A DNA stretch of 64,000 nucleotides, taken from an uncultured Chloroflexia bacterium. Its GTDB lineage: Bacteria > Chloroflexota > Limnocylindria > QHBO01. Where the stretch lies: contig CAVOGE010000004.1 in NCBI GenBank assembly GCA_963695195.1, positions 24,645 through 88,644 on the forward strand. Direction: 5' to 3'. Below, piece after piece: positions 45,411-53,039 of this stretch. The notes beneath the pieces are model-generated. The model had not been told where the DNA came from, searched no databases, and worked only from the letters and a program-made list of their open reading frames with translations. A program made the translations under genes and the position numbers. Position 1 is the stretch's first letter, and each line of letters begins with the position of its first letter.

Positions 45411-46770
45411 CGGTCTCCTCGTCAGAGGCGCCGGCGCCCTGCCCCGCGGTCTCGGGCTCCACGATGAGCTCGAGCCCATCCACGCCCACCACTCGCAGGC
45501 TGTCACCCGCACCAATCTCCCCCACCCGGCTGCGGGCCGACCACGCCTCGCCGCCAGCATAGGCGATGCCGGTCGGCGCGATGAGGGTTTGCGCGGTGCC
45601 GCTCGCGCCCACCAGCCCCCCGATCGGCAGGCCCGTAGAGCGGTTTGCACGCATCTGCAGGACGGCGCGCACCAGTACGAAGACGTAGAAGACCGACAGC
45701 ACCAGCGTCATGCCGATGAGGATGGGGCTGACCTCCACCTGGATCGAATCGGTGCCATCGACGCGCGTGTAGAGGGCGAACGCGCCCAGCAGGAAGCAGA
45801 CGACACCGCCTGCGGCGAGGAAGCCATAGCTGGTGAAGTTCAGTTCGAGGACGAAGAGCCCGATCCCCATCAGGATCAGCAGCAGGCCGCCGATATTGAG
45901 CGGCAGGCTATTGGAGCCGATGAAGGCCAGCACGATGGCGATCGCGCCGAGCGAGCCGCTGATCAGGTTCGGGTGGAAGAGCTCCGAAAGGATCCCGTAG
46001 AAGCCGATCGTGAACAGGATGAAGGCGATGTTCGGGTCCGACAGCAGGTGCAGGAACTGCTGTCCCGCGTTCATTCCGGCGTCGGTGACCTCCAGGCCGG
46101 CAAGCTGCGGAAGCGGCTCGCCGTCGAAGGTGTAGGGACGCCCGTCGGCGCGGGCGCCGCTGTCGATGGCGACGAACAGGGCGTCGGTATCGACCGCGAG
46201 CAGGTCGACGATCGGCGGCACCATGCCCACCGCCTCGCTGGCCGACGCGCTTGCGGCCTCTCGCACCGCGCGTTCCGCCCATTCCTCGTTCCGGCCATGA
46301 TCGCGTGCCAGCTCGGTCAGCTTGGCGACCGCGGAGTTGGTCACCTTCGCCGCCAGGGTCTCGGGCAGGTCCTCGCCCGAGCTCCCCACCACTGACGCGG
46401 CACCGATGCTGGTCGATGGAGCCATCGCGGCGACATCTCCCGCCATCGTCACGAATGTCCCGGCGCTGGCGGCCTGCGCACCCTCCGGAGCGACGTAGGT
46501 GATGACCGGCACCTCGCTGGCGAGGATCGCCTTGACGATCCGGTCCATGCTCGACAGCTCCCCGCCGGGCGTGTCGATCACGATGAGGGCGGCCCGGTAG
46601 CCACCGCTCGCGGCGGTGGACAGCGCCTCTTCGATGTACGCGGCGTTCACCTGGTCGATGACGCCGGTCAGCCGGATCCGAAGGACGCCCGGTTCCACCG
46701 CCTGGGCTGCCATGGCCGTGACACCCAGCATGATGGCGGCCAACGCGAGGGCTCGACGCACCTTCAGCAT
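45397..46770 (-). CDS. NfeD-like membrane-bound ClpP-class serine protease
   Basis: Signal peptide, ClpP-like domain (IVIDTPGGELSSMDRIV...ASAGTFV), four TM helices and a C-terminal OB-like NfeD domain (GTAQTLIAPTGIAYAGGEAWSARS...LRVVGVDGLELIVEP). Confidence 0.85.
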   Translation of the reverse strand: MLKVRRALALAAIMLGVTAMAAQAVEPGVLRIRLTGVIDQVNAAYIEEALSTAASGGYRAALIVIDTPGGELSSMDRIVKAILASEVPVITYVAPEGAQAASAGTFVTMAGDVAAMAPSTSIGAASVVGSSGEDLPETLAAKVTNSAVAKLTELARDHGRNEEWAERAVREAASASASEAVGMVPPIVDLLAVDTDALFVAIDSGARADGRPYTFDGEPLPQLAGLEVTDAGMNAGQQFLHLLSDPNIAFILFTIGFYGILSELFHPNLISGSLGAIAIVLAFIGSNSLPLNIGGLLLILMGIGLFVLELNFTSYGFLAAGGVVCFLLGAFALYTRVDGTDSIQVEVSPILIGMTLVLSVFYVFVLVRAVLQMRANRSTGLPIGGLVGASGTAQTLIAPTGIAYAGGEAWSARSRVGEIGAGDSLRVVGVDGLELIVEPETAGQGAGASDEETDGDT

Positions 46771-46785
46771 GCGATCGAGTATAGG

Positions 46786-47370
46786 TCAGCCCAGCTGATC
46801 GACCACCAGGCGGGACCAGGTCTCCATCCGATCCCGCGCTGCTCGCAGCTCGTCCGCATCGGCCATTCGGGCGGTCAACTTGTCGTGCTCCCGGACGGTG
46901 ATCGGCCGCCCATCGGCCTCGACGATGAAGACCACGCCAAGGTGGACCGATCCGACCGGGTTCGAGTCGTCGTTGAGCAGGCCGACAAGGCGGAACGCCG
47001 GATCCCACGCGGCATCGAGCTCCTCCGCCCATTCGCGGCGCAGGCCGGCGTCCAGCGGGTCGTCGCCGTCGTCGACCGGGTTGATGTGTCCGCCCACGCC
47101 GATGCTCGCCTTCCGATGCAGTCGCGGATCTCCTCCGGCGGCGGTGCGCTCCATCAGGAAGGTCCGCGGCCCGTCACGCACGACGACATACGGGATCAGC
47201 TGCTTGAAGGCAGGGCTCGCCTCGGCAAGCGGTCGGTCCATGAACGTGCCGTGCTCGCGCACCACAGCGCTCAGTTCGGCCAGCGCTGCCTCGTCGGCCG
47301 ACCGGATGCCGGTGAAATCACAGCCGCCCGGGACGAGCTTTCGAGGAATCACCAGGACCTGTTCCAGCAT
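46786..47370 (-). CDS. NUDIX-like hydrolase (degenerate Nudix box)
   Basis: Internal start MLEQVLVIPRK, then KQLIPYVVV...SIGVGGHINP....GLRREWAEELD, which resembles a Nudix box. This is a tentative family call. Confidence 0.55.
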   Translation of the reverse strand: MLEQVLVIPRKLVPGGCDFTGIRSADEAALAELSAVVREHGTFMDRPLAEASPAFKQLIPYVVVRDGPRTFLMERTAAGGDPRLHRKASIGVGGHINPVDDGDDPLDAGLRREWAEELDAAWDPAFRLVGLLNDDSNPVGSVHLGVVFIVEADGRPITVREHDKLTARMADADELRAARDRMETWSRLVVDQLG

Positions 47371-47603
47371 GGTGCGGAGTCTACGGGGGTGCGCATACGC
47401 ACCGCAGATTTCCGGCCGCAAGGTTGCCTGCAAGGTGTCCGGAGTACCGTGGTCGGCCACACCGAACTACGCACAACCGCTCTCGACCGCACCTCCGACA
47501 CACGGGCGACGCTCCGAATTCACCCCGTTCCGCATTGGGCGGGATGTGGCGGTGCGGACCCACTGGTACTACGGTACCGATCCGAACCAGGGACGCAGAT
47601 TGT

Positions 47604-47642
47604 CAGACCGATCATCGCGCGGCGCGCGCGATGATCGGTCTG
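47604..47642 (+). promoter_or_regulatory. Perfect 18-bp inverted repeat with a 3-nt spacer (CAGACCGATCATCGCGCG-gcg-CGCGCGATGATCGGTCTG)
   Basis: Checked base by base: 18 of 18 pairs are complementary. It lies 35 nt upstream of the first TadE-like ATG, in a 307-nt divergent intergenic region. No U-tract follows, so its function (operator versus 5'-UTR hairpin) is unknown. Confidence 0.45.
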
Positions 47643-47677
47643 CCGATGTTCGCGCCGAACCACGGCGTGGGCAGTCA

Positions 47678-48235
47678 ATGGTCGAGTTCGCGCTCATCCT
47701 GCCGCTGCTGCTGATCCTGCTCCTGGGGGTGGCCGACTTCGGTCGCGTCTTCGCTGCAGGTATCACGGTGGAGGCAGCCGCCCGCAACGCGGCCGAGACA
47801 GGCGCGATCGAACGGCTGCGGAACAGGCCGGACCCGCTCGGCGATGCCGCCTACGACCTCACCTACTATGGGGCGCTCCATGAGCTGGTCGCCAAGGTCG
47901 CCTGCTCCGAGAGCCGCCTGCTGCCCAACGCGACCTTCGACGAGGCGACGCGCACCTGCCCGGGCATGCCCGTGATCCGGGTCTGCGTCCATGACGATCG
48001 CGATCCATCATGTGGGGACGCCATCCCCGGGATGCTGGCCGTCGCACCACCGGAATGTGCCCAGATGGGTGACACCTGGACGAACGCCTCCGGGGGTCTC
48101 GCCGCCAGCCATTCGGTCGAAGTGCGCCTCTGTTACCGATTTACGACGCTCTTCAACCTTCACCTTTCGTTCGGCCCGAACTTCGGCATGAAAATCTGGG
48201 CGATGTTTGGATCCAGCGCACTCGGCACTTCGTGA
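47678..48235 (+). CDS. TadE-like (Flp-pilus pseudopilin-like) protein 1
   Basis: The ATG at 47678 gives MVEFALILPLLLILLLGVADFGRVFAAGITVEAAARNAAETGA, the TadE N-terminal motif (VEFAL + hydrophobic helix). The upstream part of the track ORF is an antisense shadow of the Nudix-like gene. Confidence 0.75.
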   Translation: MVEFALILPLLLILLLGVADFGRVFAAGITVEAAARNAAETGAIERLRNRPDPLGDAAYDLTYYGALHELVAKVACSESRLLPNATFDEATRTCPGMPVIRVCVHDDRDPSCGDAIPGMLAVAPPECAQMGDTWTNASGGLAASHSVEVRLCYRFTTLFNLHLSFGPNFGMKIWAMFGSSALGTS

Positions 48236-48263
48236 TCGACTGCCCGCCCGGGGACGTGTCGAC

Positions 48264-48908
48264 ATGCTGAGGCAGCGAGCCAGCCAAGACAGGCCGGGAC
48301 AGGCGATCGTCGAATTCGCCCTGGTCCTGCCCCTCTTCCTGGTGACCCTCACCGGAATCATCGTCCTGGGGATGGGCGTCTTCTACCAGCAACAGCTGAC
48401 AAACGCTGCCCGTGAAGCGGCTCGGTTCGCCGCCATTCACAGCGCAACCGCACAGTGCCCGACCGTCTCGAATCTCGATCCCGACCCACCACCGCAGTCC
48501 TACTACCGGTGCGACGCCCCATCGGCACGGTGGCCGAGCATGACCGGCCATGCCCGGGACTTCATCTTCGGGCTAAACGGTGCCGACGTGCAGTTCACGG
48601 CCTGCTGGTCGGGGTACTGGACCACCGATGGTGACGGCAATTTCGCAGATCACGACGCGCTCCCTGCTGATGTCGTCTCCGGCACCCCGAATCCGTTTCG
48701 CGCATGCACCATCCGGGCGACCTTGGCCGGATCGCCAGTCGATATCGATCCGCGCACAGGGATCGAGGCGGCGTCCGGTACGGTCGTCAACATCCCCTGC
48801 ACGGAGCCGATGCCGCTCACCTCTTCCGCCAACGACATGGCCAGCAACATGTCGGCCTCGTACGCGGGCACCGCAAACGAGGTCACCGTGTTCGCCTGCT
48901 ACAACTGA
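48264..48908 (+). CDS. TadE-like protein 2, ending at an apparently premature in-frame TGA
   Basis: MLRQRASQDRPGQAIVEFALVLPLFLVTLTGIIVLGMGVFYQQQLTNAAREAARFAA carries the TadE motif. After TGA at 48906-48908 the same frame reads RPPLAGFLLIPQTVTLRAVVTETLQYQQ-TGA (to 48995). That stop lies 14 nt before the next gene. Confidence 0.75.
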   Translation: MLRQRASQDRPGQAIVEFALVLPLFLVTLTGIIVLGMGVFYQQQLTNAAREAARFAAIHSATAQCPTVSNLDPDPPPQSYYRCDAPSARWPSMTGHARDFIFGLNGADVQFTACWSGYWTTDGDGNFADHDALPADVVSGTPNPFRACTIRATLAGSPVDIDPRTGIEAASGTVVNIPCTEPMPLTSSANDMASNMSASYAGTANEVTVFACYN

Positions 48909-49009
48909 AGACCGCCGCTGGCCGGCTTTCTCTTGATTCCCCAGACGGTGACCCTGCGCGCCGTGGTAACCGAAACCCTGCAATACCAGCAATGAGCGGA
49001 GGCCTTGAC

Positions 49010-50603
49010 ATGACGGCGCGACACTCTCGCGGACAGGTTCTCATCGTCACAGCCGCGGCGATCGTTGTGTTGATGTTGATCGCGGCGCTCGTCGTCGACA
49101 TCGGCTTCTCGGTGGTCCTGCGCCGCCAAGGAGCAGAACGCCGTTGACCCCGGGTCGCTGGCCGCAGCTCGGTTCATCAACGACGACCAGACCATCGACA
49201 TGAACGCGGCCGAGGCTGCCGCCTGCTACTACGCGCGACAGAACGACTTCTTCCCAGCGGCGAGCGAGGACTCGCTCGGCTCGGCCGGCTGTGTCGCGAC
49301 GAATGACCCGGAGGGTGCGACGCTCGAGGTGCATTATCCGCCCGACGGACGCGCTGGCCAGTACCAGGGGCACGCAGGCTTCGTGCAGGTCGTCATCAGC
49401 CGCGAGCAGGAGACGTTCTTCGGAAAGGTGATCGGCCAGGCCTTCGTTACCGTGACGTCGGACGCTGTCGCTGCGCGCCAGCGAGGCGAAACCAACACCC
49501 ACTCCCTGGTCGCCCTGGACCCCGTCAGCTGTGTGAGTGCTGAGGTCCACGGAAACGGCACGATCACTATCTTTCCTACGCCTGGCTACACCGGCCCAGG
49601 AGGGTACGTGCAGGTGAATTCGTCATGCGGTACGAGCACCAGCGACGACGACTATACCAACGGCACCGGCGCGTTGAAGATTGCCGGTACTGCCGATCTC
49701 ACCGCCCCTAAGGTCAATGTCAACGGCAGCTGTCAGTCGAACGCAGACGAGCCTCATGGAACGCTTGACGAGGCTGCGTCGCAGATCGGGGATCCGCTCG
49801 GGGGTCTCCTCCCGCCCTCATTCAATCCGGCGCTGGACGGTGCCAGTTGCGGCATCGGTGGCTTGCCGCTGAAGCCGACCGGACAGTTCTCCGCGGGCTG
49901 CAGTGGTAGCGGATCCGGTCGACAGTGGGCTTACGTGCCGCCCGCCCAGGAGGCAACGATGTGCCCAGGCCTGCCCGGCGGCTACGCGTGCGTGCACCTC
50001 TATCCAGGGGTGTACTTCGGCGGCTGGAATATCGGAACCAAGTTGCGAGTCGTGCTCCACCCCGGCATCTACATCATCGCGGGCGGAGGGGTGAAGATCG
50101 GCGCAACGGGATCGCTTGACTCCGTCATCGCAACGGGCAGTGGTCCTGCCCCCGTCCTGATATTCAATACGGACAACCCGAACTACAACTGTCCGAGCGG
50201 CACGGCGACGCAATGCCAAGGGGACCTGGACCTGACTGCGGGCGGCTCGCTCAAACTCGCTGGGCTGGTTGGGAACCTTCCCTGCCCGCCGGTAACGACG
50301 GTCGGCGGCTGCCCCTATGGTGGGATGCTCATCTGGTTCGACGAGGACGGGAGCAGGGGTATCAACGGCCTGGTTGACCTTCAGGGCGGAGCGATCCTCG
50401 AGATCTCCGGGACCATTTACGCGCCGAAGGCGACCGTCGATATCCATGGCAATGTCGACACGAATTGCGGGTCATCGAGTACGCAGGTCGCGGCTGTTCA
50501 GATCATCTCGTGGCAATGGAAGCTCGGTGGGACAGGGGACCTGTGCATGCCATACGACCCGACCAAGCTGTACAAGCTGAACCAGCAGGGACTTGTCCAC
50601 TGA
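49010..50603 (+). pseudogene. TadG-like (Tad N-terminal domain) large pseudopilin-like protein, interrupted by a +1 frame change
   Basis: A GGAGG Shine-Dalgarno precedes the ATG at 49010. MTARHSRGQVLIVTAAAIVVLMLIAALVVDIGFSVVLRR is a Tad-N TM helix, and this frame stops at 49147. The expected continuation KEQNAVDPGSLAAARFINDD... is in the next frame from 49128, at the CGCCGCC run, and runs to 50603 (track ORF 49200..50603). The C-terminus has a GTIYAPKATVDIHGN motif. Confidence 0.65.
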
Positions 50604-50625
50604 CGCGCTGCAGCCAGGTTCGGCG

Positions 50626-51162
50626 CTAGCCGGCCGTCTCCAAGTCCGGCCCCGCCTCGGCGAGTCGCAGCGCCATGGCTGCCGCTTCCCGCGGATCGCG
50701 GGCACGGTGGATGCGCGGCCCACCCAGCCGCTGCTCCGACTCGACGCGCCATGAGCTGAGCGCCACCACGTGGCGCCCCATCCGCAGCGCCAGCCCGATC
50801 TCCGACAGCGTGCCGTGGCGTCCTCCGACCGCGACCACCGCGTCGGCGGCGGTGACCACCACGAGGTTGCGAACGACGCCGAGTCCGGTGGCGATCGGAA
50901 TCGAGACGAACTCGTTGGCATCGGCCGGGTCGGCGCCGGGCAGGATCCCGATCGTCGAGCCGCCACCGGCCTGGGCTCCGCGGGACGCCGCGCGCATAAC
51001 GCCGCCGAGCCCGCCGGTGATGACCACGGCGCCCCCGCGGGCGAGCAACTGGCCGACCTCCTCGGCCCATTCGAGCGTGCGGTGCGCCTCGGGGCCCCGG
51101 GGATCGCCGTCGCCGATCACCGCGACGTGAAGCGGTCGCCGCTGAGGCGTCGGCTGCGTCAC
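50626..51162 (-). CDS. TIGR00725-type (LOG/SLOG Rossmann-fold) protein
   Basis: 178-aa ORF: HVAVIGDGDP...VVITGGLGGVMRAASRGA...GILPG...VAVGGRHGTLSEIGLAL is the pattern of the TIGR00725 / lysine-decarboxylase-like (LOG) fold. Confidence 0.75.
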   Translation of the reverse strand: MTQPTPQRRPLHVAVIGDGDPRGPEAHRTLEWAEEVGQLLARGGAVVITGGLGGVMRAASRGAQAGGGSTIGILPGADPADANEFVSIPIATGLGVVRNLVVVTAADAVVAVGGRHGTLSEIGLALRMGRHVVALSSWRVESEQRLGGPRIHRARDPREAAAMALRLAEAGPDLETAG

Positions 51163-51752
51163 CGTGAGCCTCCGGCCGTCACACGCGGCTGAAGCGGGAA
51201 CTCGCCAAGCGCTTCGTATCGTGGCGCACTCGCGCTCAGGTGGCTGCGGTACAGGACGAGGCGCTCAACCGCCAGGTGGCCGTTCGGCAACGCTGCGCGC
51301 CACAGCGCGTCGGGCAGCGGCATGGCGCGGTCACCACTCGCGCGGGCAAGCGTCAGATGCGCGCGAAATGGCGCCGATAGATCGACGCTCGCCGCCAGCC
51401 GCACCGCCACGGCCAGCTCGGCGAGGCGGCGCGATCGATCGGCCATGCCGTACCAGAGCACTCGAACCTCCTTGCGGGACGGGAACGCCCCGAGCCCTCC
51501 GGTTGGCACGGCAAACGGCGGGTGGTTGGCCGCCACCGCAGTGAGCAGCTCGGCGAGGCGCGGAATCGCATCGACCTGTGTGGGTCCCAGGAAGGCGAGG
51601 CTCACGTGCCAGCCCTCTGGCTCGGTCCAGCGCAGCGCGTCGTGGGCGATCGGCAGTGTTGCCCGCAGTGTCTCGACCGTGGTGCGCAGCTCGCTGCGCA
51701 GGTCGTCGCCGATCGGGACACCGATGAAACAGCGCCAGGCCCGATCAGGCAT
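51159..51752 (-). CDS. thpR: 2H phosphoesterase (RNA 2',3'-cyclic phosphodiesterase / 2'-5' RNA ligase family)
   Basis: Two H-x-(T/S)-x motifs (WHVSLAFLG and FRAHLTLARA) in a roughly 197-aa protein. Start MPDRAWRCFIGVPIG at 51752 overlaps the HAD stop by 8 nt, and its own stop overlaps the downstream start by 4 nt. Confidence 0.8.
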   Translation of the reverse strand: MPDRAWRCFIGVPIGDDLRSELRTTVETLRATLPIAHDALRWTEPEGWHVSLAFLGPTQVDAIPRLAELLTAVAANHPPFAVPTGGLGAFPSRKEVRVLWYGMADRSRRLAELAVAVRLAASVDLSAPFRAHLTLARASGDRAMPLPDALWRAALPNGHLAVERLVLYRSHLSASAPRYEALGEFPLQPRVTAGGSR

Positions 51753-52497
51753 GGGAGGCCACCGTCGCCCGCTCGTCAACGATGGGGAGCAGTTCGGCAA
51801 ACGACCGGATCAGGCGGGACCCGGGTGGCACATCGACGGCAGTGAATCGGTCATGACGGTCGATCAACACCGGGCTGATCCCCACGGCCAGCGCCCCCTG
51901 GACGTCGGCATCGACATGGTCGCCGACGTGGATCACCTCGTCCGGGGTGCATCGCGCCTCGCGCAGCGCCCACTGGAAGATCTCGGGATTCGGCTTTTCG
52001 AAGCCGATCCGTGCACTTGCCGCGATGAAGTCGAAATGGCGCACCAGGTTGAGGGAGTGCAACAGCTCGGGCAGCTGCCAGACCCAGTTGCTGACCGCGC
52101 CGATGACGAGGCCTCGATCACAGAGTCCGTCGAGCCCGGGAATCACGTCAGGAAAGATGTGCCAGTTGCTGGTCACCAGGAACAGCTCCGACAGGCGTCG
52201 GAAGAACGCCTCCGGCATGGGTCCAATACCCAGCTCGGTAAGGGCCAACTGGTCGATCTCCATCGTCCGCGCCAGCGAGGTCTCCTCGGTCGGCTCGAAG
52301 CCATCGGAGAAGCCCCAACCACCGTGGTGGTAGGCCCGCCGCAGGGCTCCCCGAAGGTCATCGATCTCGACGTGCATGCCGTACTCCTCGAAGGCGATCG
52401 CGTACACGTGCTCCCACGACGGGTTCGGGCGCATCACCGTGTCACCGATGTCCAGAAAGACGGCACGCAGGGGCTTCATCGGCGTCGAGTCAGACAC
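51745..52497 (-). CDS. HAD-superfamily hydrolase (subfamily IA-like)
   Basis: Motif I VFLDIGDTV, motif II VSNW, and motifs III/IV EKPNPEIF...HVGDHVDADVQGA. Confidence 0.8.
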   Translation of the reverse strand: MSDSTPMKPLRAVFLDIGDTVMRPNPSWEHVYAIAFEEYGMHVEIDDLRGALRRAYHHGGWGFSDGFEPTEETSLARTMEIDQLALTELGIGPMPEAFFRRLSELFLVTSNWHIFPDVIPGLDGLCDRGLVIGAVSNWVWQLPELLHSLNLVRHFDFIAASARIGFEKPNPEIFQWALREARCTPDEVIHVGDHVDADVQGALAVGISPVLIDRHDRFTAVDVPPGSRLIRSFAELLPIVDERATVASHA

Positions 52498-52573
52498 AGG
52501 CGAAGCCTACCGCGTCAGACCGATGCGCGCGCCGCGCGCCGCGGCGCCCTGGTGCGGCGGATCAGGGTGCCGC

Positions 52574-53026
52574 TCAGGCGGCGGTCGAGCCCATCCTGCC
52601 GAGGATCTGGTAGATCTCGGTCCGGTATCGAAGGCCCGACGAGTGCCGCGACAGCCAGCGCAGATAGTCCGGATCCTGGCGAGCGAGATCGCGCAGGGTC
52701 CAGCCGCTGTAGCGGCCGGTCTTCAGCTGGGTACCTGCGCTGGCGGCCCGGGGCGGCGGCACGATCCCATTCGGGGCGCTGCCGCGCGGGGTGTCACCAA
52801 AGTCGTAGCTCGCGCGACGCTGGCCGCGGTCGAATGCGGCACGCTTCTCGACGCTTCGCACCAGGGCATACGCCTCGTTGAGCTCGATCATCCGCCGCGC
52901 GGCGGCAGCTGAGGAGTCGCGATCGGGGTGGTACTTCATGGCAAGCGCCCGGAAGGCGGCCTGCACGACCGCCTGGTCGGCGTCGGGCAGCACCTGGAGG
53001 ACCCGATACGGGTCAGATGCGGGCAT
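52574..53026 (-). CDS. J-domain protein with a C-terminal DUF3820-like (G-x-Y-x-G-x-T-L...YL-x-W) module
   Basis: DPYRVLQVLPDADQAVVQAAFRALAMKYHPDRD carries the HPD motif. The C-terminus GRYSGWTLRDLARQDPDYLRWLSRH resembles the short domain I recall as DUF3820. Confidence 0.78.
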   Translation of the reverse strand: MPASDPYRVLQVLPDADQAVVQAAFRALAMKYHPDRDSSAAAARRMIELNEAYALVRSVEKRAAFDRGQRRASYDFGDTPRGSAPNGIVPPPRAASAGTQLKTGRYSGWTLRDLARQDPDYLRWLSRHSSGLRYRTEIYQILGRMGSTAA

Positions 53027-53039
53027 CGGCTTGCCTCAA

